Positions 46,794 through 55,598 of a DNA stretch of 64,000 bases are shown here, piece by piece. The notes below the pieces were generated by a model. That model was given only the letters and a program-made list of their open reading frames with translations. It was not told the DNA's origin and did no database searches. Both the position numbers and the translations under genes were made by a program. Origin of the DNA: a virus; the IMG/VR virus record IMGVR_UViG_3300009008_000024, positions 1 through 64,000 of that record; one strand, 5' to 3'. Each line of letters starts with the position of its first letter. Positions within the stretch are counted from its first letter, which is position 1.

Positions 46794-46869
46794 CTACCTG
46801 TAGCTCAGTGGTTAGAGCATCCGTCTTATAAGCGGGAGGTCGATGGTTCAATCCCATCCAGGTGGACCA
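46794..46869 (+). tRNA. tRNA-Ile(TAT)
   Basis: CTACCTG/CAGGTGG acceptor plus A-CCA; TAGCTCAGTGGTTAGAGC D-arm; TCCGT-CTTATAA-GCGGG; GGTTCAATCCC. Confidence 0.9.
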
Positions 46870-46910
46870 GGTAACACTAGACAGTGGATGTGTGGTGTTT
46901 ATAGTGAGAT

Positions 46911-46973
46911 TGCGCTGCCGTTTTGGAGCGCATTAACCAAGTCATACTTGCTTATAAAGGAGAAAATATTATG
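46911..46973 (+). promoter_or_regulatory. ROSE-like RNA thermometer in the hsp20 5' UTR
   Basis: Upstream hairpin TGCGCT..AGCGCA, then CTTGCT (46947-52) positioned to pair with the SD AGGAG (46958-62). Confidence 0.55.
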
Positions 46974-47399
46974 ACTAATCCAATGATAAAAAGAGTGAAC
47001 TACCCTTCAATTGTAGGGAGGGGCACTTTCGATCAATTTTTCAACCAGATTTTCGAGGATCCATTTACAATGGTGAAGAGGTCAACAGAGGGATATCCCC
47101 TCACAGACCTGTACAAGGATGAAGAGGAGAATCAGGTTATTGAAGTAGCATTGGCGGGGTTTTCAAGAGACGAGTTGAACATTGAGGTTAAAGATAACTC
47201 AATTACTATCTCGTGCGAGTCCGCCGGAACAGATGAGCAGCAGCGAAGGATTGCGCGTAGGTCTTTTACGCGGTCTTTCGTCGATTACGATCATCAACTC
47301 GACATGAGGAAGTCGGGCGCCTCATTTGAAAATGGGTTGTTGAAAATTGTTATTCCGCCTACGGAAGAAGCAAAACCGACTGTTATTGATATCCAGTAA
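46971..47399 (+). CDS. Small heat-shock protein (Hsp20/IbpA-like)
   Basis: YP..D, IEVALAGFS..EL.IEV, IARRSF.RSF, ASFENGLL.I; AAGGAG SD. Confidence 0.93.
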   Translation: MTNPMIKRVNYPSIVGRGTFDQFFNQIFEDPFTMVKRSTEGYPLTDLYKDEEENQVIEVALAGFSRDELNIEVKDNSITISCESAGTDEQQRRIARRSFTRSFVDYDHQLDMRKSGASFENGLLKIVIPPTEEAKPTVIDIQ

Positions 47400-47442
47400 T
47401 AGTTAAAGCAAATGAAGTTACCCTGCTGGTAGTGGGTGGAAC

Positions 47443-47473
47443 GGGCAACTTGGTTGGGAGTTGCCCACTTTTT
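47443..47473 (+). terminator. Intrinsic terminator after hsp20
   Basis: GGGCAACT-tggttggg-AGTTGCCC-ACTTTTT. Confidence 0.7.
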
Positions 47474-47543
47474 GGGGAAGAAAAGTGTCGTGGAGAAGCA
47501 TAAGTGAAGTCCGGCGACTTAGTGAAACATAGGAGACTGAAGA

Positions 47544-47759
47544 ATGAAAAGAAAAGTAAAAAATAAAGAATTTTTAGATGCCCTGAAGAGTCATTACAGG
47601 GCAACAAGAGACAAGAGTCTCGTAACTTTAAAACTATATTTAGACCAACCGCTAGCGGTTGCAGATCACGAAGGTGTGATCGAGAGTATGAGCAAGTTAA
47701 CTCAGCAATTGTCGGAAGCTGAAGAGTCACTTAAAACTCTAGAAACTCACTTCGAGTAG
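47544..47759 (+). CDS. Hypothetical helical protein
   Basis: AGGAG SD; 71 aa. Confidence 0.65.
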   Translation: MKRKVKNKEFLDALKSHYRATRDKSLVTLKLYLDQPLAVADHEGVIESMSKLTQQLSEAEESLKTLETHFE

Positions 47760-47773
47760 AAAGATAAATTCCA

Positions 47774-50700
47774 TTGGAAAGAAAAGAATCAAAAATTCCC
47801 TTTGTTGGATTACACGCACACAGCGTGGCGAGTGTGTTTGACGGGTTAGGATATCCAGCAGAGCATATGGATTTCGCATATCAGAATGGCATGGATGCGC
47901 TCGCGCTTACTGATCATGGAAACATGAATGGTTTAGCATATCAGGTGATGCACGCGAAGAAGATGAGCGAGGAAGGAAAAGACTTTAAACCAATATTTGG
48001 ATTAGAGGCATACTTTATACCCTCCATCGATGAATGGCGCCGCGACTATGATAGGATAAAGGAAGAGCGCGCAAATAGCAAGGGAAGGGGAAAGAGTATT
48101 GATGGTGATGTAAGTGGTGTTACGGTTGAGGTGGAGGAAGATACCAAGAGTGTAACAAAGAACATTCTCAATCGCCGCCGCCACATGGTCTTGCTAGCAC
48201 AAAATCAAAAAGGACTCCATAACCTCTTCCAATTGGTCTCTAAGAGTTATCGTGACGAAAACCACTATAGGTTTCCGCGCATGGATGCGGCGCTGCTTAA
48301 AGAGCATAACGAAGGAATTATTGCTTCTTCTGCGTGCTTGGGAGGGGTGTACGCTGGTGACTTTTGGGAAAACCGAGAAGAGGGATCTGACAGTGTTCTG
48401 AGGGCGATGAGAGATACTACCGAAACTATGTTGGATATATTTGGGGATCGATGGTACGCCGAGGTTCAATGGAATAGGATCAAAGAACAGCATCAACTAA
48501 ACAAATATGTCATTCAGGTTGCCGAAGAGTTTGGCATTAAACTAGTAAGTACGGCAGATAGTCACTACCCCAACCCTTCTTTATGGAAGCAGAGAGAAGT
48601 ATATAAGCAAATTGGATGGAAGGGAATTAAAAATGAAAGCAAACTGCCTGATAGTCTTGAGGAGATGCCTTATCAACTTTACCCAAAGAATGGCGATGAG
48701 ATGTGGGATTCGTACAAAAAGTATTCAGAAGCCTGTGGATTCGAATATGATGATAATGTGGTGCGCGACTCTATCACCGAAACATATCACATTGCCCACG
48801 AAAGAATATCCCGGTTCCTACCAAGTAACGAGGTACGGCTTCCAAGTTTTGTGGTCCCCGATGATAAAACCGCCGCCGCAACCCTTGTTGATTGCGCGAC
48901 TGAGGGACTTCAGCAAGCCGGCTTTGGTAAAGACGCCGTTTATGTAGAGAGGTTGAACGAGGAACTAGAAGTAATTAACGCTAATGATTTTGCGCAATAT
49001 TTCCTAACAATGAAAGCGATATCCGATATTGCAATATCGAAGCAGTTAGTCGGGCCAGCGCGTGGCAGCGCCGCCGGATCTTTGGTCTCATACGTTCTTG
49101 GAATTACCCAGATTGATCCCATTGAACACGATTTGCTGTTCGAGAGGTTTATGACGAGGAATCAGAAGGATGTCGGATTTCCAGATATTGACTATGACGT
49201 TTCAGATCCGATGGAACTAAAGGAAGACTTGATCGAGGAGTGGGGAGAGGATAAGGTAGTTCCTATTTCTAATTGGAATACGCTTCAATTGAAATCACTG
49301 ATCAAAGACATTAGTAAGATGAACAATATCCCCTTTCAGGAAGTAAATGTTGTTACCATGCGAATGATGCAGGAAGCAACGCCTGCCGCAAAGGCAGCAA
49401 AAGGAATGGCGGCAGGACTCTATATACCAGACTTTGAAGAGGTAAAGAAATATAGTGCGTCACTCGGCGATTTCTTCAGGAAGTATCCTGAGATAGAATC
49501 GCACGTAGATGCTTTGTATGGGCAAATTAGGAGTTGCTCTCGCCATGCAGGTGGAATAGTTGTGGGCGACGACCTAGATAAGTGTATGCCCCTCATCAAC
49601 AGTGGAGGCGTTAGACAGACTCCATGGAGCGAGGGTCAAAATGTTAGGCACCTGGAACCAATGGGGTTCATTAAGTTCGACATCTTGGGTTTGGCGTCTT
49701 TACGCATGATGGAGAGTGCTATTCGGCACGTCCTCAAGCGACATTATGGAAACAAGGATCCGTCCTTTGCAGATGTTAGGGATTTTTATGATGAAAAATT
49801 ACACCCCAAGGTAATCGATCTGACAGACCAGAAAGTATATAAAAATATTTTCCACAAAGGGAAGTGGGCGGGAATATTTCAGTTTACTGAAGGTGGAGCA
49901 CAGCGATTTTGCCAGCAGGCAAAACCAACCAATATTGTGGACTTATCTGCTATCACGAGTATTTATAGACCTGGACCTTTGTCTGCTAAGGTAGATCAGC
50001 ATTACGTTGAGGCGAAGAAGAATCCAGAGAGCATTCAATATGCGCACCCCATAGTGAGGGAAGTCACACAAGAGACTTACGGGTTTCTTATCTTCCAAGA
50101 GCAAATAGCTATGTTGGCGCATCGACTGGGGCAAGATCTAAGTTTGGATGAGGGCAATCTTTTGCGCAAAATTCTCACTAAGAAGGGCGCCGGAAAGGCG
50201 AAAATTAAGGCAAAGATTCACCGGAAATTCATTGAGGGTTGCTGCACCAAGCATGGCATAGATCCATCCACTGCGCAAAATCTTTGGGACAAGTTTGAAT
50301 ATTTTTCTGGGTACGGGTTCAACAAGAGTCATGCCTTGAGCTATAGCATCTTATCCTTTCAGTGTGCGTGGTTGATGACTTACTATCCAGTTGAGTGGAC
50401 TGCCGCCTTCTTAGACAAGGAACCAGAAACACGCAAAGAGAAGGCAATCAACATTGCTCAGAGCATGGGGTTTGGCATAAAAAGGTTGGATGTCAATACT
50501 AGTGGATTTTCGTGGGAAATAGATGAGGCGGGAGAGACGCTCATACAACCCCTTACCAGTGTGAAGGGGTTGGGCGCCGCAGCAATAAAAGAGATCATAG
50601 ATTATCGTCCTTTCGCCACCGTGGAGGAGTTCCTGTTTCACGACCGCATGTCATATTCAAAAGTAAACAAGAAGAGTCTTGATGCGTTGGTGAGATCTCA

Positions 50701-51205
50701 GGCGATGAACAACTTAATTGATGAAAGGTTCGTAGGACTTAAGCATTTCTGGACGGCAGTTGTTTCGGAAAGACCCCGAAAAGAAAAGAATCTAATTGAA
50801 AACATTTCAAAATTCTCAGATGTAGGAAATTTTTCTCCTGAAGAAAAGTTAGAATATTTGATTGATCTGACTGGACTGTTTCCATTCGATTTGGTTATGT
50901 CATCTGAAATCAAACAAAGACTGGAAGATAAGTATGTTCCTCCGATTAGCGAGTACGATCCAGATTTGGGAGTGGTGTGGTTTATCCCGAGGAAGGTGAT
51001 TCCGAAGAAAACGAAGTTCGGGAAAGATTGGTGGCTCGTAGAGGTGATAGACGAGAACAGCACAGTCACTGCGATCAAGTGTTGGGGCGTGAGGAGCACA
51101 GATGTTATACATCTCAACCGCCCGTATATGGCAAAGTTAGAGTGTGATCCAGTATGGGGGTTTAGCACTAGAAGTATACGGCACACTTTTAGGTTGTTGG
51201 GGTAG
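47774..51205 (+). CDS. dnaE: DNA polymerase III alpha subunit (family C)
   Basis: PHP LHAHS..S..DG, ALTDHG, G.EAY, TADSHY; RGSAAGSLV.Y.LGIT.IDP, FERF, PDIDYD, HAGG, KFDILGL, YRPGP, YGFNKSHA; no intein. Confidence 0.97.
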   Translation: MERKESKIPFVGLHAHSVASVFDGLGYPAEHMDFAYQNGMDALALTDHGNMNGLAYQVMHAKKMSEEGKDFKPIFGLEAYFIPSIDEWRRDYDRIKEERANSKGRGKSIDGDVSGVTVEVEEDTKSVTKNILNRRRHMVLLAQNQKGLHNLFQLVSKSYRDENHYRFPRMDAALLKEHNEGIIASSACLGGVYAGDFWENREEGSDSVLRAMRDTTETMLDIFGDRWYAEVQWNRIKEQHQLNKYVIQVAEEFGIKLVSTADSHYPNPSLWKQREVYKQIGWKGIKNESKLPDSLEEMPYQLYPKNGDEMWDSYKKYSEACGFEYDDNVVRDSITETYHIAHERISRFLPSNEVRLPSFVVPDDKTAAATLVDCATEGLQQAGFGKDAVYVERLNEELEVINANDFAQYFLTMKAISDIAISKQLVGPARGSAAGSLVSYVLGITQIDPIEHDLLFERFMTRNQKDVGFPDIDYDVSDPMELKEDLIEEWGEDKVVPISNWNTLQLKSLIKDISKMNNIPFQEVNVVTMRMMQEATPAAKAAKGMAAGLYIPDFEEVKKYSASLGDFFRKYPEIESHVDALYGQIRSCSRHAGGIVVGDDLDKCMPLINSGGVRQTPWSEGQNVRHLEPMGFIKFDILGLASLRMMESAIRHVLKRHYGNKDPSFADVRDFYDEKLHPKVIDLTDQKVYKNIFHKGKWAGIFQFTEGGAQRFCQQAKPTNIVDLSAITSIYRPGPLSAKVDQHYVEAKKNPESIQYAHPIVREVTQETYGFLIFQEQIAMLAHRLGQDLSLDEGNLLRKILTKKGAGKAKIKAKIHRKFIEGCCTKHGIDPSTAQNLWDKFEYFSGYGFNKSHALSYSILSFQCAWLMTYYPVEWTAAFLDKEPETRKEKAINIAQSMGFGIKRLDVNTSGFSWEIDEAGETLIQPLTSVKGLGAAAIKEIIDYRPFATVEEFLFHDRMSYSKVNKKSLDALVRSQAMNNLIDERFVGLKHFWTAVVSERPRKEKNLIENISKFSDVGNFSPEEKLEYLIDLTGLFPFDLVMSSEIKQRLEDKYVPPISEYDPDLGVVWFIPRKVIPKKTKFGKDWWLVEVIDENSTVTAIKCWGVRSTDVIHLNRPYMAKLECDPVWGFSTRSIRHTFRLLG

Positions 51206-51206
51206 T

Positions 51207-51959
51207 ATGTATTTGAATATGGATTGTCTGGATTTCCTTGGGCGGGTAGAGAGTGATTCTGTCGATCTAGTCCTCACTGATCCTCCATACTTTGAGATAA
51301 TAAAGGATGGGTGGGATAACCAGTGGGAGAGTGAAGGGGAATATCTTGAATGGTGTGAGAGATGGACATCTGAATGTGTCCGCGTTTTGAAACCGGGAAG
51401 GTGCCTTTATGTGTGGGGGACTACGAAGACTGATACTTTTTTGAAGTACAAATTGAATGTTCTCAATTCTCAAGAGGAATTGCATTATCAGAATTGGATT
51501 GTTTGGTCCTATGATTGGGGGGGAAGAACCAGAAAAACTTTCCCAAGAAAGCACGAAGATTTGTTGATGTATTCAAAGGGAAAAGAATTTTTGTTTAATG
51601 CAGACGATGTGCGCATACCCTATAAGATGGCAAAGAACATAAGGGGAAACGCTCAGAATAATCCGCTCGGCAAACTTCCAACTGATGTGTGGCATAAAAA
51701 TAACCACACTATGTCGATAGAGTATGCCGGTTGGCACCCCACCCAAAAACCACTAGAACTCTTAGAGAGGGTCATTAGGGCACACACCAACCCCGGCGAC
51801 GTTGTGTTGGATATTTTTGGCGGATCTGGTTCGACTATGATAGCGTGCGAATTGGCAGGCAGAAGGTTTGTTGGGTGTGAACTAGACATAGGATACTATG
51901 AGAAATCTAAGGAGAGGATGGAAAAGATTGTTCCTCTTCTCAAAAAAAGGAGTAAGTAA
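51207..51959 (+). CDS. Orphan N4-C/N6-A DNA methyltransferase (beta class)
   Basis: DLVLTDPPY precedes HPTQKP..L..R.I and DIFGGSGST. Confidence 0.92.
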   Translation: MYLNMDCLDFLGRVESDSVDLVLTDPPYFEIIKDGWDNQWESEGEYLEWCERWTSECVRVLKPGRCLYVWGTTKTDTFLKYKLNVLNSQEELHYQNWIVWSYDWGGRTRKTFPRKHEDLLMYSKGKEFLFNADDVRIPYKMAKNIRGNAQNNPLGKLPTDVWHKNNHTMSIEYAGWHPTQKPLELLERVIRAHTNPGDVVLDIFGGSGSTMIACELAGRRFVGCELDIGYYEKSKERMEKIVPLLKKRSK

Positions 51960-51960
51960 G

Positions 51961-52107
51961 ATGAAAAAAATTATGATAGCATGCTTTTTATGCTTGACAT
52001 CTTGTGCAGAAGATGATAAACTGATATGTAGCGAAATGGATGGTGGCACTGTGGATTCGGGATGTCTCGATGAGCAAATCGTTGCATTTCCAGATTTGCT
52101 GAACTAA
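51961..52107 (+). CDS. Small putative lipoprotein
   Basis: MKK, hydrophobic stretch, LTSC lipobox; AAGGAG SD. Confidence 0.55.
   Translation: MKKIMIACFLCLTSCAEDDKLICSEMDGGTVDSGCLDEQIVAFPDLLN
51994..52022 (+). promoter_or_regulatory. sigma70-type promoter (intragenic) upstream of the ParB-like/dut genes
   Basis: TTGACA-17-TAAACT, extended TG. Confidence 0.6.
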
Positions 52108-52126
52108 TAGAAAGGAAAGTGAAAGA

Positions 52127-52300
52127 ATGGTCAAGATGGAACTAGTGAGAGATCCTAGTGGTGCCGAGGATGATTTTGTTATCGTCTATAATGATGGTGA
52201 AATCACTGGGTATCGCGAGACATTGTTTGAAGTAGAAATTGACAGGAGCAAAAACCATATAAAACCAATTAAGGAAAAGGAGAAGAGTAGTGAAGAATGA
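52127..52300 (+). CDS. Hypothetical 57-aa protein (not in the ORF track)
   Basis: Open frame MVKMELVRDPSG... fills the gap and overlaps the next start. Confidence 0.5.
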   Translation: MVKMELVRDPSGAEDDFVIVYNDGEITGYRETLFEVEIDRSKNHIKPIKEKEKSSEE

Positions 52301-53198
52301 AAATAATGTGCGAAATTTAAACCGCGCAGTGCAAAATTTAAATTTAGGGAAAGTCCCGCCAACTCATGGTTGGGAGATAGTCGATGCCACAGTCGCCAAA
52401 GATCTGCTAGCGAAAAATAAAGGCAATCGTACTGTGAATAAGCAAAAGGTAAAATATTACAAGAGAATTATTGAAAGTGGGGAATTTAAGGATTATTCTG
52501 GCGATCCCATTTGCATTGATACTAATGACACTCTCATCAACGGACAGCATAGACTGAAGGCAATCCTGGAAACTAACTCCCAGTTCGTGATGGGGGTTAT
52601 GCGAAATTGTCTACCGGAGATTGCCAATGTCATGGATCAGGGCATGCCACGTAGTGTGTCGGACTTGTTAGATATCAAGCATGGTGCGCAGGACATCAAG
52701 TATAAGAACATGCTATCATCGGATGCGAAAAGAATCACGAAGGGATTTGGAACAAACTCTTATCTGGCGCCGTCAAACAACGAAATAAGCGACTTCGCCA
52801 TAAAGTATAAGGAAACATTTTATGAATTCTACCAAGCCATGGCGAAGAGTAAGTATAGTCAGGTTACGGTGAGGTCAGCCTTTATTGGATTCGCGATTCT
52901 TTATCCGGGTCGAAAGGATGATATTCTTGGGTGGTGCAAATCGCTAGTGGATAACACATTTGCGGAAAAGAAGGATCCTCTCAACCTCTTCAGCAAGAAG
53001 TTTGATGAGTTGGAGGCAAAGAAGAGGAAAGACAAAGACTTGAGAGTCAAGACCGTGATTTTCTATTCGTATGCCCTAGCAATGGTGCAGGCAAAACTTG
53101 ATGGTAAACCAATCAAGCGATTGAAGCCATTGGAATATTGCCCGCTTACGCAAACGACAATGAGCACGACAGATGGCGCCGCCGGTGGCAAAAAATGA
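52290..53198 (+). CDS. ParB/Srx-like N-terminal domain protein
   Basis: A..LL..N..NR......V..Y...I..G, I..D....LINGQHRL.AI, MDQG..RS. Confidence 0.7.
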   Translation: MKNENNVRNLNRAVQNLNLGKVPPTHGWEIVDATVAKDLLAKNKGNRTVNKQKVKYYKRIIESGEFKDYSGDPICIDTNDTLINGQHRLKAILETNSQFVMGVMRNCLPEIANVMDQGMPRSVSDLLDIKHGAQDIKYKNMLSSDAKRITKGFGTNSYLAPSNNEISDFAIKYKETFYEFYQAMAKSKYSQVTVRSAFIGFAILYPGRKDDILGWCKSLVDNTFAEKKDPLNLFSKKFDELEAKKRKDKDLRVKTVIFYSYALAMVQAKLDGKPIKRLKPLEYCPLTQTTMSTTDGAAGGKK

Positions 53199-53746
53199 TC
53201 TTAGAGTATACTAGAACTAGGGAGAATGTTATTCCGCCGACTAGGGCAAACCCAAGTGATGCAGGGTTGGACTTGTTTTTCAACCCAGAAGATGGGCAAG
53301 AAATAACATTACAACCGGGAGGTACCGCCTTGTTCCAGACTGGATATAGGTTTGGCATCCCACATGGTTATTGCCTGGAGGTAAAGAACCGTTCAGGCAA
53401 TGCGTCTAAGCGAAGTTTGCTTGTGGGAGCATGCATCATCGACCCAGGTTATGACGGAGAAGTCTTTGTTAATTTACACAACGTAGGCAAAGAGGAGCAA
53501 ACAATTTACTTGGGCGACAAGATTGCCCAAGTAGTGATGTACCCGGTTGTACACTTTAAGGCATTCGAGAAGCATGACAAAGATTTGTACAATTATTATC
53601 CTATTGCTATGAGCGACAGGAAGGATGGCGCCTTGGGGAGTACTGACAAGAAAGGACGCCAGGGAGAACTCTTCGCGGATAATACTGTGCGAGAGTCTAC
53701 TTTGCGATATGCTGACATGTATTTCGATCATGAAGGCGAAAGATGA
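53195..53746 (+). CDS. dut: dUTPase (trimeric type)
   Basis: DAGLDL, TG, RSG, IID.GY.GE, GD.IAQ, R..GALGST. Confidence 0.95.
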   Translation: MILEYTRTRENVIPPTRANPSDAGLDLFFNPEDGQEITLQPGGTALFQTGYRFGIPHGYCLEVKNRSGNASKRSLLVGACIIDPGYDGEVFVNLHNVGKEEQTIYLGDKIAQVVMYPVVHFKAFEKHDKDLYNYYPIAMSDRKDGALGSTDKKGRQGELFADNTVRESTLRYADMYFDHEGER

Positions 53747-53825
53747 ATAAGTTCGGACTCTACCCTTTCCCAGGATGAGTCGTATGCTATAGCACGGGAT
53801 GACGGCTCGGAAAGACGAGCACTTT

Positions 53826-53897
53826 GCGGGAGTAACTCAGTGGTAGAGTGTAACCTTGCCAAGGTTGAAGTCGTGGGTTCGAATCCCATTTCCCGCT
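53826..53897 (+). tRNA. tRNA-Gly(GCC)
   Basis: GCGGGAG/TTCCCGC acceptor; TAACC-TTGCCAA-GGTTG; GGTTCGAATCC. Confidence 0.93.
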
Positions 53898-53931
53898 CAA
53901 TCAGTACAATATAGAAAGGAAGGATCTGAAA

Positions 53932-54411
53932 ATGGATAAGCATACTAAGGAAGTAATGTTTAGCAGCAATGAAACATCTTGGGCAACCCCTCAAGGTTTT
54001 TTCGATATACTGGATGATAGGTTCAGGTTTGATCTTGATCCATGTGCATCGCCAGAAAATGCAAAATGCAAGAAGTATTATACAGAAGAAGACGATGGGT
54101 TGTCAAAAAGTTGGGGACGGAATAGAAACGTCTTTGTGAACCCCCCATACGGAAGGGACATAAAGAGGTGGATTCAAAAATCATACGAGGAAGCAAAGAA
54201 CAACGGCAATACGGTTGTAATGCTTATACCGGCGAGGACTGACACTTCCTATTGGCACGAATATTGTATGAGGGCAGCAGAGATATACTTTGTGAAGGGT
54301 AGATTGAAGTTTGGAGATGCCAAATCCGGCGCTCCTTTCCCTTCTGCGGTTGTGGTGTTTAATTGGTACCACCGCGGCCTTGCGCCACTCGTGGGGTCAA
54401 TAGAGAGATAG
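53932..54411 (+). CDS. Phage-type DNA N6-adenine methyltransferase
   Basis: WATP..FF, FDLDPCA, DGL..SW, FVNPPY, LIPARTDT..WH, GRLKF. Confidence 0.92.
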   Translation: MDKHTKEVMFSSNETSWATPQGFFDILDDRFRFDLDPCASPENAKCKKYYTEEDDGLSKSWGRNRNVFVNPPYGRDIKRWIQKSYEEAKNNGNTVVMLIPARTDTSYWHEYCMRAAEIYFVKGRLKFGDAKSGAPFPSAVVVFNWYHRGLAPLVGSIER

Positions 54412-54413
54412 GG

Positions 54414-54423
54414 AACTAGTTAT
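54414..54423 (+). promoter_or_regulatory. Putative late promoter (HExxH gene)
   Basis: AACTAGTTAT. Confidence 0.65.
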
Positions 54424-54427
54424 TTGT

Positions 54428-55081
54428 GTGACAAAGATATTGCCGCATACGTGCTTTGTGATGATATTGTTCGCGAACATTTCACTTGGTTGTTTCGCGA
54501 TATCATCTAAAATGCACATATGGAATAGGATTGACGGGACATACGACTGTGTTACACCCAGCGACTTTACTCGTATTCCGGGATTCAAATTTACATACCA
54601 AAAGCAGGATAATTGCAAACTGTATCCCAAGGAGGCGGTGTCTATTGGACTGAATGTTTTTTACCTTTATTGGTATGCGGCTTTTGGTGATACCGCTGAC
54701 GCTGTGTTGAGTAACCTCAACAATCTTATAATAGAGTGGCGCACCGAGAAGATGACATTCCGGAATGGGTATCAAATGGACGGCACATTCGTGCCAGAGG
54801 GTGTAGCTATAGGGTTGGCACATGGGAAGGGTCTTATACAGGTATATGTCCCAGAAGGCGCTTCTATAGAAGAGACTTCTTTTGTTCATGAGTTGATTCA
54901 CATTTCCATTAATGCTGCCTCTGGAACGGATCATGGGGATCCGGATCACGAGGGAGATAAATACCCGGGATGGACTGCTAGGCATACTCAATTGATACCA
55001 GAGATCAACAGCGCTTTACGCGCAATTATGGAAATAAGACATGGTTCGGAAGATCAGAAAGAAATCGACCCTCGACAATAA
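54428..55081 (+). CDS. Putative exported/membrane Zn metallopeptidase (HExxH)
   Basis: Hydrophobic N-terminus; TSFVHELIH; late motif immediately upstream. Confidence 0.55.
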   Translation: MTKILPHTCFVMILFANISLGCFAISSKMHIWNRIDGTYDCVTPSDFTRIPGFKFTYQKQDNCKLYPKEAVSIGLNVFYLYWYAAFGDTADAVLSNLNNLIIEWRTEKMTFRNGYQMDGTFVPEGVAIGLAHGKGLIQVYVPEGASIEETSFVHELIHISINAASGTDHGDPDHEGDKYPGWTARHTQLIPEINSALRAIMEIRHGSEDQKEIDPRQ

Positions 55082-55298
55082 GAGGGCACAAAAAGAATTA
55101 CAAGCAAAATTAAATATGTTCGACCGTCTGCCCGATGAATGCAGCGCGTGTTGCGATCCATTCAATAAGGCAGATAGAGAGATGGTGACTACGTGGAATG
55201 TGGTTGTGCGCAACGAAGAGAAAGTAGTTAGACTTTATTGCCCATCTTGCTGGCAACACGCCATAAGCGTGTTGGAAGAATACGCTCAAAAGCAATGA
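55041..55298 (+). CDS. Small Zn-ribbon protein
   Basis: CSAC ... CPSC. Confidence 0.65.
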   Translation: MVRKIRKKSTLDNKRAQKELQAKLNMFDRLPDECSACCDPFNKADREMVTTWNVVVRNEEKVVRLYCPSCWQHAISVLEEYAQKQ

Positions 55299-55597
55299 TA
55301 ATAGGATTTGAAGATAAAGATAGCACCTATGCTAATCTCTTAATTAAGTTAAAGCACGAAGGCATCACTAAACGAGAGTTTTTTCGGGGTGTCGTATCCT
55401 CTTTTCTAGAGGAGGATCCTTTGTTTATGGAATATATTCTATCATTCAAGAAGAGAAAAAATTTATATACGATGACTAGGCAGAAAATACTTGACAAAGA
55501 GAGAGAATTGCTGTACAATAAAGAAAAACAATTTGGACTATCAAAAGACGAGATAGAAGATTTGTTTGACATGTTTGATGAGGAGTTGGGTATATAA
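55295..55597 (+). CDS. Hypothetical protein (possible DNA-binding)
   Basis: ATGA overlap with the upstream gene. Confidence 0.6.
   Translation: MIIGFEDKDSTYANLLIKLKHEGITKREFFRGVVSSFLEEDPLFMEYILSFKKRKNLYTMTRQKILDKERELLYNKEKQFGLSKDEIEDLFDMFDEELGI
55491..55519 (+). promoter_or_regulatory. sigma70-type promoter (intragenic) for the sigma-region-4 gene
   Basis: TTGACA-17-TACAAT. Confidence 0.7.
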
Positions 55598-55598
55598 C

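Noticed and set aside
46659-46874. 71-aa ORF, and the similar minus-strand ORF 53728-53994
   Set aside because: They overlap clear tRNA genes and a promoter
47500-47530. Hammerhead-like look of AGTGA-AGTC-CGGC-GACT-TAGTGAAAC
   Set aside because: Lacks the CUGANGA core and correctly placed stems I and III
40338-51205. Inteins or introns in helicase, nrdJ, dnaE
   Set aside because: Lengths are normal, motifs are contiguous, and no intein splice or homing-endonuclease signatures are visible
51207-54411. Restriction-modification system
   Set aside because: No cognate endonuclease recognisable next to either MTase; treated as orphan protective MTases
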